From: the human T2T-CHM13v2.0 reference genome, Homo sapiens
DNA length: 64,000 nucleotides
NCBI RefSeq assembly: GCF_009914755.1
Contig: NC_060930.1
Direction: 5' to 3' (one strand)
Shown here piece by piece: positions 1-15,460 of the stretch (its first letter is position 1; each line of letters opens with the position of its first letter). The notes below the pieces were generated by a model that saw nothing but the letters and a program-made list of their open reading frames with translations, was not told the DNA's origin and searched no databases. The position numbers and the translations under genes are program-made.

Positions 1-305
1 CCCCTGCCTCTGCAGCTGAAGAGCCATTGAACCACAGGCTCGATGCTGGGGGAGAATGAAAGTCAGCCCCCTGCCCACAGCCTGAATGTGAGGGAGTGGC
101 ACAAACCCCAGATAGGTTAGGCCTCCGTGCTGGCTCTCAGTGGGGTACCCTGGCATTTGAGAGAGGGCGATTCTTTCTTGTGTAGCACCTCCCCACACAC
201 ACACTACTGTACAATCAGAAATATCCTCCTCTTGGGGCTGGCATGGCCCCAAGTTGAGAAGCTCTGAAAGTAATGTGAGATTCACAGCACAGTTCAATAT
301 AATGA

Positions 306-600
306 GGCTGGGAACAGTGGCTCGCGTCTGTAATCCCAGCACTTTGGGAGGCCAAGGTGGGTGGATCACCTGAGGTCAGGAGTTTGAGACCAGCCTGGCC
401 AACATGGTGAAACCCCATCTCTACTAAAAATACAAAAATTAGGGAGGCGTGGTGGTGTGCACCTGTAAGCGCAGCTACTCAGGAGGCTGAGGCAGGAGAA
501 TAGCTTGAACCTGGGGGGTGGAGGTTACAGTGAGCCAAGATCATGCTACTGCATTCCAGTCTGGGTGACAGATTCTGTCTCAAAAAAAAAAAAAAAAAAA
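306..600 (+). mobile_element. Alu (AluS-like)
   Basis: Dimeric Alu with A tail. Confidence 0.9.
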
Positions 601-1423
601 GATAACGACAGAAGAGATGTCCCAAGGCAGGATCAATGCCCTTGGGGTAAAGTCAGATGGGACCCAGGCCCTGCGCAGCAGAGCTCACAGTCTCTTGGGG
701 AGACAGATTATGTGACAGACATGAGGTTCACCCTGTGATGAGAGAGAGATAGAACGCACTAATCCTTGTAGGATGGGAAAGGCAGGCTACCTGCCCAAGG
801 TGACAGCCAACCTGTATCAGACAGCAAAGGGTAGAAGGACAGGCTGTGTGTGGGGAGAGGTCCTGTGGGGAGAGGCTACATTGGGGGTGGGCCGTAAGGG
901 TGGAATCTGAGATGGGGCTGGTGAGGGAAATGGGGAGACAGCTGTATTCAGGCTGTGAGAGGCCTTGAGTGTAAACCAAGGAATGTGGACTTTGTTGTTG
1001 GGGCCGGGGAGTCACTGGAGTTTGTTGAGCTGGGACTAGCAAGGCCATCTTGGGGGTGATGAAACCAGCCAGGCAGGCCTGGAGGGTGATGGCAGAGGAG
1101 GCTGGAAAGCCCTCTGTAAACTCAAGGGCCAGTTGGGTGTTTGCCTGGAAGCAGCAGGAAGCAGCCACTGGCGGGTGTGAGCACTGGAGAGGCAAGAACA
1201 AAGCTTGCCTGAGGAAGATTAGCTTCCCTAGGGTGGCCCAGGAGAGAGCGTTCCTTGCACAGAAACCCGAGTTTATTTTCTGCTTGTTTGTATTCCTGGA
1301 GCACGGTAAGCATTCAAAAACATTTGTTGAATGAATGAATGAATGAATGAACGAACGAACTAACAAACGAACTAACAAAGCCTTGATAGGAAGTGAGGTT
1401 GGAGGGTGACAACCTAGAGGTAA

Positions 1424-2209
<786 letters not shown>

Positions 2210-2867
2210 TGACCAGTAAGCCAGCAGTCACAGGGCTGTGATGGAGGTAGACAGGCTTAAGGGTCTGAAACCATGTTTGAGGGGCAGGCAAGGCTTCCCA
2301 GAGGAAGTGCCCTCTCAGTTCTGAGTTGAGTCTGGCACTATGAGCAGTGAAGCCAAGTGACAAGGCAGGAGAAGGGCCTCGCAGGCCACGGGCACAGTGT
2401 TTTGCACAGGCCGGGAGGGGGCGATCTGAGAACACTGAGCTGATGGCACACTGCAGCAGACAAGGCTGTGAGGTCAGCCCTGGGCCCTGCCACGGAGGGA
2501 CTTGGGGCTATACTAAGGGGCCAGGACTTGATGCTGCAGGTTTGGTGAGCCACTGAAGGCTTTTAAACAGGAGTGCAATATGATTACATTGGTACTGTTG
2601 AATGATCCTTAGGCTGCTGTGTGGAAAATGGATTGAAATGGCCTGAAATGAGATGCAAGCAGGCCACGTGGCAGGCAGTGGCAAGAGAGTGTCCCAGTGG
2701 CTTGGGCTGAGGTGGGGCTGTGGATGTGGGGCAAGGTGGATAGTGCCAAGGGTGTTGGGGATAGGTCAAGCGGGCTGTGATGGAGTGGGGGCCAGGGCGT
2801 CTCGTGTCTCGGCTGATGCCCTGAGTGGTTTTGAAGGGAATGAGAATTCAGATTTAAATACAATGAT

Positions 2868-3511
<644 letters not shown>

Positions 3512-5358
3512 TCAGGGCGGGCTTCATGGAGGAGGTGAGCTCTGAGAGCCAGGTGGATGGCCGTGGGGAGGAGTGGAGCCAAGGCGAGAGAGACTATAGT
3601 TGAGCACAGGGACAGGTGTGTTGGGTGCCCTGGGAGAGCCCAGTCTGGCTGCAATGGCAACTCCTTGTGTGGGAGGACTGAGGAACAAGGCTGGAAGGGC
3701 AGGGAGGGGCCAGATGGTGGCCAAATTGCAAAATGTCTCATGATATTTAGGTTATTCTGACAAGGACAGGGTGTCAGAATAGGCAGAGAGCCACTGGCCT
3801 GACCAGGCTTTGCTGTGTGGGACAGAGGCTGAACTCTGACCTGGGAAATGGAGGAAAACTCCAAATGGGGTCCATGAACCCACAGAGGGGCTGGGGAGAG
3901 TCATGGAGGGGATGCCGGAAGGGGCTCAGGGGCTGTGCCGCGTTCCACATAGTGGTCCCACATTGGGGGCGTACACTCTAGGTGGCTCTGGGAGGTGCCC
4001 AGGTGTTGGGCCAGGGGCCAGTTCTACCACTTGCTCAGATTGGGAGGCCTTGCCTGGGATCACATGGGTGCCCTGGGAAAAGCAGCTGTGGGCAGGAGTG
4101 TATGCAGACCCCATCCCTATCTAGAGGTCCCTTCTAGAAGAGAGGACCTCTGAGCTGTGATCCTGGGGAGTATGCATCCAGGCCTTGCCTGGACACTGGA
4201 AACTGGGGGCTCAAAAAGTGGGGCCCGTGAGTCCTCACCCAGAGAGGCCCTAGCTGGCCTGAGTTGGAGGAGCAGCCCTGGCAGACCTGGCAGTCACGTG
4301 GGCTGGCACCATTGCGTTGTAACTAGCCATTGCTCCCACCACACCCAGCACCAGGCAGCAGGAGAGGGAGCAAAATGTGTTTGGGGTCCTTGCTCCGCTC
4401 CCGTTTATTCATCCACACTCACTGAGTATTTACTGTGTGCCATGTACCACAGGCATCAGAGGTGACTTGCACAATAGGTTGTACCCGTAGGAAGTGCAGA
4501 GTCTAGGGAGGGTGACAGACAGTGTCAAGAGAGAGCCGAGAATTAAAGTCAGGAGACTGAGGTCTGGACCTGGCTCTGCCGTTCCCTTCCCAGTGACTGA
4601 GGGCCAGTCAGTGTCCCTTTCTGGGTCTCCAGGTGAGGGAGCTGAGGTTCTTCCGAGGTTCATCTCTAAAGTTTTTCTTACCTGCAGATTCCTACCTGTG
4701 TCCTGGGACTCATCCTCACTTTGGGGAATTCTGGCCAAGCGGGTGGGGAGAGAGAGATTTGGTGGGGTGGGGAAGCACAGGCCGATTCTGTAATCAGTCT
4801 CGGGCTCGGGTCCTGCTTGTGACAGGGACTGGCACTACCTATGTCAGCAAGAGATGAGTTGTGTGTGTCTTTGGGGGTGAGGTGTTTGTGGGCCTCGGGT
4901 TCCCCACAGTGTATAGAATCGAGGTTGGTTAGCACTCTGCCCCTGTGCATGTGCGTTTGTGTCAGCGGAGCTCGAGCTGTGCACTGGTGGATGGATGTGT
5001 CCACATGTATGTGCCTGCATTTGGGTGCACACATTATTGCATTTGTGTAGAATATGCAGCAGGTCTGCAAGTGTGTACAGAACCACAGATGCCTAGAATG
5101 TCAAAGCATTTCTATTGATGGTAACAATTGGAGTAATAATTCTAATAATGACAACAATAGTTAGCACTGTCCTAAGCACTTTCATGTTTACATGTATATT
5201 CTTCACAACAACACTGTGAACAGGGAATCCTGATTTTAAAAGTAAGAAAACTAAGACTCAGAGAAGCAAAGTTTTTAGCTCAGCTGGTGACCACCAGCTG
5301 GTAAGTGTTAGCAACGGGACTTGAACCCAGGCAACTCGTTCCGAGATCTGAGCTCTGA

Positions 5359-6099
<741 letters not shown>

Positions 6100-7659
6100 T
6101 AGAATCACAGTTTTTGGGACTCTCCACCCACAGGCGGAGATTATGCGGCTCAGGGCAGGCAGGAAGTCTCTGCTGAATTCCCTCTTTCCCACCACCTTTT
6201 TGGAGGCGCCCTCTCTAGACCTACCTCAATTTTCTCAGTGCCTGATGTGTGAACTTCCTCATAACACCAATCATTTAAACTATGAGCACCTACAACTCTG
6301 TCACCTGCACATGTGGGGAACCGGGAGGGAAACAGTGTGAAAGCAGGCACAATTTTAAAGTATCTATTGTTCTTTGGTGATGGTGGGTTTTTTTGTTTTT
6401 GTTTTTTTTCTTTTTTCACACCTGGCTTTCTTCTCAAGGAAATTTAAGGTGCAAATTAGGAGTTGCGGGAAAAGCTAGGGCAAGGGTGAAGCAGGCTAGC
6501 AAGTGTGTGATCTGGGGGAGGGCTGTTTGCCTGCCTTTACCGGTTGTCTCTGACCGATAGCACAGCAGGTCAGCATGCGCTGAGTACACAGACACTGCCC
6601 GGCAGCCACCAAAGCATTTCCCTGCCACGTGCTGGACAGTGTGCTAGGGGCTGGGGGACAAAGATGAATAAAGCTGCCCAGTCCTGCCCTTTTGGAGCTC
6701 AAGGTCACAAGCAGTGGGGTGGAGATGCAAAGGTCTAGAAAGATGTTAACAATCCAGGTCCATCAGGGAGATAACAGAGCACTCTTATCTGCTAGAAGCT
6801 GGGAGCTTGCAGGGGAGGGAGCTGGAGCGGTCTCACAGAGGTGATATTTCAACTGGTGTTGAAGACAAGTAGGTGGCCACAAGTGGTGCCCAATCTGAAG
6901 GGCAAGAGCCCTCTGGGATTCAATGCCATCCTATGAAAATCCTTCTGCCTGGCAGCTGAGCAAACTCTGGCTGGAATGTTAACTCAAGCCACCCACATGT
7001 GCTGTGAGAGGGGGCTTTGGGCAATGGTGGTGCCTCTGTCCCTTGGCCTCTCTGGGTGGGCCTTAGACCCCTAACCCTTGGTGCAGATGGGACTAGCTCA
7101 GAAGGATCCTAGACTTGGCCAAAAAGAAGCTGAAACGGAAAGCAAGGTGGGAGCAAAGCCAGTCCTATTAGAATGTTCTCCCTCTTCCCTACTCTGCTGG
7201 AGGCTCCATGCCAAGTCCCTTGTGCCCCCATGTGACAGCAGCAAGGGATGCTGGGGCTGAGTGTCCCAGGCCCCCTCCTTCCTGGAGGAGCTGGCCCAGG
7301 CAGTCCTTGCTGCTGCTGTAAAAGCTATTTCAACTGGCCTCTGTCTCAGGAAGAGAGAGGGTCAGGCTGGGAGAGGTCTGGTAACACCCTGGGCGCCATT
7401 TCTACCCCCACATATCTGGGACACTTCCACTTCACTCGGAGGGCATGGGGGCACAGAGCAGGATTCTTCCAGAAGGCGATGAGGCAGCAGTTCTGCCCAG
7501 CCCTGTACACAAGCTGCCTGGTGGCTCAGACTTTGAGGGGGCAGGGAAAAAGCCACTTTCAAGAAATGACTTCAGTTTGCCCCTCCTCCTACGAGTCCAT
7601 CCCTTCCCTCATTTGGAAGAGTGATTTAAAATTAGATACTAAAATAGCTCAGTGAAGAG

Positions 7660-7880
7660 CACAGCATTTACTCCATGGCGGGTGCTGTTCCAAGTACTGC
7701 ACATCTTATAACATCGAATCCTCACGACCACCCTTTGAGGTGGGCACCATTATGACCCCCATTTTACAGAGGAGGAAGCTGAGGCTCAGAGAGGTGCAGT
7801 AACTTGCTCAAGGTCACTCAGATTTTAAGTGGTGGAGTTGGGATTCAAACACGAGTAATTGGGCTCTAGAGTACCACCTT
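7660..7880 (-). mobile_element. MIR
   Basis: cccattttacagaggaggaagctgaggctcagagagg core. Confidence 0.75.
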
Positions 7881-8405
7881 ATGCCGCATGGTCACCCCGA
7901 TCCCAACACCTCCCTGTGATGGGGCGGGGGTGCCAAGGCGGAGGGTGTACAGGGAAAGTTTCTGAGCCCTAATGAGTAGCACGGAATCTAGCTGGGGAGA
8001 CATGCCACACACAGCTGTCAACACATGGCAAGGAACTCTCTCAGAGCACACAGCCACGTTCCTGAGAGAAAGGGTTCCCCAGTCCAGAACAACCCTGAGC
8101 TAGGTAGGACTAAGCCAGGAAGGCTTCTCGGAGGAGGTGAGTGACCATGGTCTCCTTGCAGAGACCATAGTGTGAGAAGTTCCAGAGAGAAGGAGGAGGG
8201 GGAAGGGCGTTGGAGGCCAGAGCCTAGATTCTGAGGCAGGACCTTGGGGCGGGTGGTTTGCACCCTCCTCCACCCTGCCTGACCCCGCCCACTTGCCCGG
8301 GACGCCGGCGCCGCAGGGGCTGTGAGCGGTGGGTGGCCCCGGAGACGGAGCTGTCGAGTCTGTGCCTGACACCTCTTTTCCCTCCACTTTCTTGGTCTCT
8401 TTCAG

Positions 8406-8714
8406 TTGGAGGAGGACAGACTCTCGGGGCACTCCCTCCCGCGGTACAGCCCCCTGCGACGACTGGCGTCCTCCGTGTTCTCCTCCTCCACGCTGGAGAC
8501 GGAGCATTACCCTCACCCCGGCGGCGGCGGCTCCTCGGGCTCCTCCGGTTCCCTCATTCAGCGCAGCCGCTCGGCTGAGAGCAGCCCTGTGCGGGCGCCC
8601 CACCGGCGCCACGCGCCCCTCGCTGCTGGCAACCACAGACTCATGCCCTCGGTGCTCCGCATCTCGCGGTCCCAGCTGCAGCAGGTGTGGGCCCGGTTCA
8701 CCCACAAGACCTAG
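8406..8714 (+). CDS. TTBK1: Candidate alternative terminal coding exon of TTBK1 (LEEDRLSGHSLPRYSP...QQVWARFTHKT*)
   Basis: A branch-like cctgac and a long polypyrimidine tract end in tttcag at 8405. Phase 0 matches the upstream exon. The 102 open codons are CpG-rich and GC3-biased and end at TAG 8712-8714. Confidence 0.75.
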   Translation: MEEDRLSGHSLPRYSPLRRLASSVFSSSTLETEHYPHPGGGGSSGSSGSLIQRSRSAESSPVRAPHRRHAPLAAGNHRLMPSVLRISRSQLQQVWARFTHKT

Positions 8715-9176
8715 GCTGGGCCCCCCCCCTCCTGGAGGGGGCAGGTGGGGGGGGGTGGGGAGCAGGCAGAGGACCATGGTTCCTTCCCAGGACGCAATAA
8801 TCACACACTCACACATCCCATCCCACCCCATCATGCAATACAGCCCCCCTAGAACGTTGGCCCAAGGTACTGTAATACTCCCACCCCAAGCAGAGTCTCC
8901 GTCCCACCTCCCCATCAGCTCCCTTTGTAGGTGCCAGCCAAATGGTGCAGGGAGGGGTGGGGCTGGTGGTACAGTTTCCAGGACAGGGCAGGGGCGCTCA
9001 GCTGGAGCCACTGATGGGTCCAGAGTCCAGTGGAAAGAGAGGTGTCAGGGAGATGAGGCCTGCAGGGCCAGAGGCACTCTGGTATGGGCTTTGTTCTGTT
9101 TAATTTGTGATCTCTTGGCATGGCTGGGTCTGATCCACCCCGAGGGGCTGGCGGGAGGCCAAGACCCTCCTTGCAT

Positions 9177-9177
<1 letters not shown>

Positions 9178-9222
<45 letters not shown>
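9178..9222. repeat. (TG)n microsatellite
   Basis: Direct reading. Confidence 0.95.
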
Positions 9223-9227
<5 letters not shown>

Positions 9228-10526
9228 GTGTATGGATGGAGGCCAGGACAGCCAGGTTTGGAATGTGGTGGGGAGTGTTTCAATGCTCAGTGATCGGGGG
9301 AGGAGCCCTGTGACCTAGCGAGACTTTCTCAGGCCATCATCATTGAGGACAGAGTTCTCTCCTCACACATCTTACCCCAGGAAGGCTCAGTCCATGGTAG
9401 GCTGCCCCTCCCCCAAGACACTTGTGCCATCACTCCCTGGTAGGATTGGGTGTCTGTCCTCGGCTCCTCAGGAACTGAGGATGGATGAGAGGGGCCTGGG
9501 ATCCACCTCCCAAGGCAGGCTGGAACTGAGCAACGAGGAGACCCAGCTTAGAAGCAGTGGCAGCTAAGGTGGTTGTTAAGGATGACGTGAGAAACCGTGT
9601 GCTTGTCAGCAAAACCAGTGTCTCAGGACAAATCCCAGGCGGGAGCAGCCCCACCTCTGCCCTTCTCAGAAGGTGACTCCTTCCTGTAGGTGCTCGGTCA
9701 GCCCCAAGGGCGGTGGTGAAGACACAGCAGAAGAGAGGCAGGTTGGATAGGGATCTGGACACTTGGGAGTGGGGAAGTGTCAGGATGCCAGCTTGCGCCT
9801 GCCTCTTCTGCCCATTTCTCAGCCCCCAACCTTCACTGCAGGGAGCCCAAGTTTCCCTTTATTCATCCTGCCCATGTCAGCCAGCACCTCTGTTCCCCTG
9901 GGGAATGCGGTAGTAGTGAAGTGGGTACTAGAAAGGGCCGTGCCTGTATGGGGAGGGGAGGAGGCCCAAAGATTTGCAAAATGTTTATTTCAGTGAGACT
10001 GTGTCTGTATGTTTGCTTGTGTGCATGCGCGTACACTTGTGCATAAGAGTGTGCTTACGAATGAGCGTTTGTGCATGTGGAAGGGCTGCCATGGATGAAT
10101 GCTCAGGCTGTGCACTGTGTAATTCCAGGAAGTGCCATTTACATAGACCTCAATGTGACTGGCACGTGCGCAAGTTGCACAGTGCTGTATGAGTGTGTGT
10201 ATGCACATGTGTGTTAGGGAGCCAGAAAGATGTCTATGCAGTCATTGGTAGTTTCCTATGTAGCTACTCTCATCCCAGCTTCACTCTTCTACCCCTCTCT
10301 CCCTGTAACCTCTGCTTGGCCCATCAATTCCCCAGATGTCTCTGGTTAGAGTAGAGGCCTCAGGGCCCTGGCCCCTGCCTGGGGGTGCCATAAGTGTGGT
10401 GGGCAGTGCCCTGGAGCCAAACTGTCCACACAGAGGGCCACCATTGTGGTATGGCTCATCCACACCATCCACATAAGCCACTCCATAGTCACACACTCCT
10501 TTCCCCAAAATCTTTCTTTGTAAGTC

Positions 10527-10529
10527 TAT

Positions 10530-10568
<39 letters not shown>

Positions 10569-10572
10569 TTTT
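10527..10572. repeat. (TTTA)n microsatellite
   Basis: Direct reading. Confidence 0.9.
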
Positions 10573-11249
10573 TGAGGATGTCTGGGCCAAGAGCACCTTC
10601 TCCATCTGGCAACAAAAGCCAGATTTGGGTTCTAATACTTGTGCCCCACCCCCACCCCCATCTCAGCTGCTCACTTTTGAATCTCCCCAAACCCAAGCCT
10701 CTGTTGCCCTCTGGGCTGTTTTGGATGGCTTTGCACCCTGCTCAGGCAGTAGGCAGGAGAGGGTCAAGGTGGACCCTTTGAGAAGGGACAGAAAACAAAA
10801 AGCACAAAGGTGAGGGGGTGAGGCTGAACAGTGGCCCCACTCCCCTCCTGCTGGCACTGCCTCCCCCAGCCACCTCCTCTTGCCCTCTTCCCATCCACCC
10901 CAGGTAGTGGCAGGAGGTGAAGTGAAGGGAACCTGCCCACCATCTGCTCCATAAGTCAGCAGCAGTGTGGGCAAGGGCCCCCCCACCCAATCTGGGGTTG
11001 GATGAAACCAAGCACTCTGTGATCCAGCATTCCCTTCTAGAGGGTTCCACTACTCAACCCTGAGCACAGCTCCATCTCAGTGACCAGAACCCTGAGGTAC
11101 TCTAAGATCCCAAAGTGCCTTGTGAAATATCGAAGATGATGGCACTGGCTTCAGCCTCATTTCAGCATTACATACATATTACTGTTTCCAACGCCTTTGG
11201 AAGTGGGAGATCCAGCATTGAGAAGGCGGCTGAGTTTTCAAACACACAC

Positions 11250-11752
11250 CCCCCACCTCAGAACTGACACCTGTGGGAGAGGGTGTGTCCTTTAAAGCAA
11301 GGCCATGGTTCAAAGCATGTTGTCCTTTAGGGGGACATCCTTTTGTATATCCTCCATGGTGGAGGGGAGAGTGTTTTGTAAGCCATAAAGCTCTGAGCTA
11401 ACAGGTGATCTTAATAATATTATCTTTTCGGGGTGGCTTTGACTCTTGGAGATTGTTAAGGTCATCTAAGCCACTTGTGTTGGATTAAGTTCACGTGAAG
11501 CTCGGCAGAGCTTCACATGGTTTGGGTCGAGTTGCTGGTCTCCGGTTCCCAGGCTAGGTGGGGATGCTGTGAGCCTGCAATATTGTCACTCTTGTTTTCT
11601 GAAGCATTTCCCAAGAGAAGGCCAGAATGTTTCAAGATTGATACCCTGCTTGGGGAAAGCGTGTAGCCTCCTCGGGGTCAGCTTTGAAAAGAGACAGCTG
11701 TCTTTGTTGTATTTTGAAAGTGGTGTTTTCGCACTTCATAGTCTCACTCTGC
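11250..11752 (+). mobile_element. Ancient mariner-type DNA transposon relic (MARNA-like)
   Basis: 3' segment cagaatgtttc...gtgtagcctcc...ctttgaa...catagtctcactc resembles the remembered MARNA end. Confidence 0.5.
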
Positions 11753-12379
11753 ATTTAGTGGTGGCTTACAATTATTTGTGATTTTATTTAATAGCCACTG
11801 GCACACAGTGCTTATTATGTGCCAGGCAGCGATCTAAGCACTTTACAAAATTAACTCATTTAAACCTCATGATAGCTTATGAGGTAGATCCCAGTATTAT
11901 CTGCATTCAACAAATTAATCAGAACATTTTATTTACCAGAACATATAAAAAACCCACCCATGCCGAATAATCTGAGGTCTTGTTTGACAGAGTTTGTGAA
12001 ACATCTTGGTCTATGTATTGGTTGATTGATTGTCCTTTGCGGTGGGCCCCCTCCTCAGTCTATAGAAAAGAGGGGAGTTGTCAGCAAGCCATATTTTCCT
12101 TCCTTTCCCATTCCCACCTTGCCATGGGGTGGCATCCAGATGGGAGTCACTCCAGAGTACTGGGGTTGGTTAAAATGGCTGGACCCTGTCTCTCCAGAGA
12201 CCTCCAACCCCTCAATCCCACATGGCCCCAAGCATCCCACAGCAGCTCTGGGGATCAGGTGGGCAGAGGAGGAGTTAGCATGAGAAAGCAGGGGCTCCAA
12301 AGCCTGACCTCAGTGGGATTGGTGAGGTCCTAGGGGTCAGGCTCACAGACGGGGAAGACACTGGCATCTGTGAACACCG

Positions 12380-12641
12380 AATGGGTGTCACCAACTCGTA
12401 CATCAACAAGATCCAAACAGTGTCAGGGAAGTGGCAGGTTCAGGGACTGTGGTAAACAGGGGAACTCCCATGCCCATACCATCCTCAGTTCAACCAATTG
12501 TTGCCACTATCTTCTAATTTTTATTTGAAATCTCCCAATTTTTAATTGTTGGCATCTAATTTTAAAAAGAAAAATCACTGTATGAACCAAACCAAAATGG
12601 TTTACAGGCAGAGGTGGCCTAAACTCATTTTGCAACCACTG
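12380..12641 (+). mobile_element. hAT MER102-like element
   Basis: gaaatctcccaatttttaattgttggcatctaattt...ttgcaaccactg. Confidence 0.55.
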
Positions 12642-13779
12642 TGAGCCTGAGGACTTCCTGCACCACCCTCTGTCCAGGGCTGCAGCACTCAAAGGCGACA
12701 GTGTTCTTGCCCAGGAACTCGAACCTGGCCAGTGGGGATGTGTGGTGTGTGCTGTGTTTATACATGTGGTGTGCATAAGTGCCTGAATGAGTGTGGGGGC
12801 CAGTGGACCTTTTTGTGGTGAGTGGGGGCCTCCTGGTGGGACTAGTATTTTCTCCATGGGAGAGGGTATGTTCTGAGGACCCTGGGTCCGTGACAAATGC
12901 GCTAGTAAATTTTCGATAACTCAATATACATCCCCCACACACTCAAGGCAGCTTGGGTCACAGCAATAACCACTGAACACTCATCCCAACCGCTAACATC
13001 CTGAACCCAACGATATCCCTTTGCATTTCCAGTTTTGGGGAAAACAGACACAGCCCTGCCTAGTGGGTGGGGGATGGTGGCACCTCTGAGCCATGCTGGT
13101 CCCAGGACACCCGGACTCGCTCTCTCTTCTGTCCTGCCTAGATCCCTTTTTCTGGGGAGGGGTGGTGCTGTCTTGCTCAGGCAGTGGTCGGGGGAGCCTT
13201 GGGCCCCTGGGTAGGCAGAAGGAGCTGTGTAAATGTATTTATATGGAGTGGGCAGTGGAGGGAACCATACTTGGGGAGGGTGTGGCTCTGACCGGGGATG
13301 GGGGCAACTCCAGCTGTGTGTGGGGAGCCTGGAAAATGCTGTATCCTCTGCTGTCCTTGGGTTGATGTGGTACTTGGGGATGGAAGTGTAGATCTCTCCG
13401 GAGGGCCTGAACCCCATCCCACCCTACCCCAAACTCCACTTAGACCTGGGACACACTCAACTCAAGGGGCAGGAACCAGCCCACCCTCCATACAGTCAGC
13501 CCCTGAAAATGTCAAGCATCCTTCTCCCTAAGGGAAGGGCTCCAGGTCTGAGGGCCACAACCCTCCCATATCCCTCTGGTTCCCCACACACCATCCAGTG
13601 GGCGTCCCAGCCCAGGAGGCCCCAAGCCTGAGTGCCCGCTTCCTCCAAATGAGGGGTGGGGAAGGGGTGGAGAGGAGGGGGAAATGGAGCCCACAGGACT
13701 CCTTCCTAGAACCTTCCTAGACTCTCCTCCGCTTGGCTCCGCCGTCAGTCCCACCACTCACCCTCCCTCCCTGCACAGG

Positions 13780-15460
13780 CTGTGGGGGTGCGGGCAGTGG
13801 GGTCCACTTGGCCACTCACTAACCGGCCCTCACGCACTCACACTCACACCCACACTCACACACTCTCCCTCCGTAGCTGCGCGCACTTCGCCCACTCTCC
13901 GGACCCTGCACTAGCGGCCCCGGCCGGGAGGGCACGAGGACTGCGCAGCCGGACCCCCGCAGGTCCCCAAGCCAGGGGTCCCGTCCATCCGCCCGCCCCC
14001 GCGGCCAGCGCCACGAATGTACGGCCCGCCCCACACAGCGCCCCGCGGCGCCCTGCACCCTCCGCCGGACTTCGGCCCCGCCGCGCTCCCGCCCCACCCC
14101 GCCGCCGAGGCTTCCCCTGGGTTCGCGTCCCCCGCCGCCCCCGTCGCCCCGCCTTCGCGCCCGTTTTCGTTTGCTTTTCCCTGCTGCTGGCTGGCGGCCT
14201 TTGGGTCCCTGGCCCCGGGGCGGGGGCGGGCTGGAGTGGGGCTCCCCTCAGTGCTGCCAGGCTGGGGTGCGGATGGGGACAGGCGGAGGCGTTCGGCTAA
14301 GCCTCCAGGCTCGGAGGGCCCTGTCGCCCCACCCCTGACTCCCGTTACCTCACCGCCCGTCGGGCTGCCCCCCACCCCGCCCCAATAATTGGCCTTGCAA
14401 TTGGATGCCAAAGAGCCCAGAGTTGAGGGGGAGCAGAGCTTTGAGCCCAGGTCTCTCAGAGCAACCCAACAGCCCCCTTTTTGCCCACGCCCCAATCCGC
14501 GTCCCCTGCCCCACCCCACCACTGAGGGCCCTGGGGGTCACCAAACATGCCCCCCCATTTCCAGCTCTTCCCACACCCCCACCCCCGAAAATAAAACTCA
14601 GGGACCAACATCTGCTTCCTTTGCACTTGCTCCGTCGACCCCGCTCCCCGCTCGGAGGGGCTTCCGTGGGGGAGGGGGCGGGGCTCCGGGCCCTCAGAGT
14701 TCTCAGTGTCGAGCGAGGAGAGGGGCTGGCCCCTGCCCCCGGAGAAGCGGGACTGGTAGGAGAGAGAAACTCAGCACCGGGGCCCAGCTGAGCCCCTTCC
14801 TGCGTAAGGAGACGCCTTCTAATTGCGGGGTGGGGGCGGAGTAGGGGAGGGATAGGAAGGGGATTAGCGAGAGGACCCTCGCGGAGGTCCTGAGTCCCAG
14901 TCGGTTTATTCCTGAGCCTTCCCCTCCCATCGTAAGTCCTTCCCTCGACCCCCCATTTTGTACTGCAATAATACTGTATTATACGCTTGCACTATTTCCC
15001 GACCCTGGCCAGCGGAAGCATGCACGAAAAACTCAAAACCACACACACGCTCACACGCACACACACGCACACGAAGATGGGACGCTTTTTTTCTTCCTCT
15101 CTCTCTCCGGGGTGCGTCCTCCTTAGTGTACATAGCGGCGTCGGGGGGTGGCCCCAGGCCCGGGTAGAAAAGCATGCACTGAGCCCCCTGCCCCTAGACT
15201 GCGAGTACTGTACAAATCCAACACTTGAAACCGACACGCACACGCGCGGCGCCGCCACGGGGGTGGGACACGGACACGCACCCACGCGCACACGGCCGCG
15301 CACGGGCGGGGAGGGGGCGCCCCGCCGTCACGCGTCGCTGTGCGAGGGATTTTGTGCCTTTTTAAGTCCCTGTATGTTAATGCAGACAATCCGGAGAGCT
15401 TGTGTACTACCAAATCCTGATTAAAGACGCCTTCCAGGAACCTGCGCCTCCGCCTGCTTT
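13780..15460. promoter_or_regulatory. Intronic CpG island within TTBK1
   Basis: Very high GC and CpG density; GC boxes; ccaat/attgg motifs near 14381-14404. Confidence 0.7.

Noticed and set aside
14771-14790. REST/NRSE-like motif TCAGCACCGGGGCCCAG
   Set aside because: Right half-site is degenerate; too weak to call.
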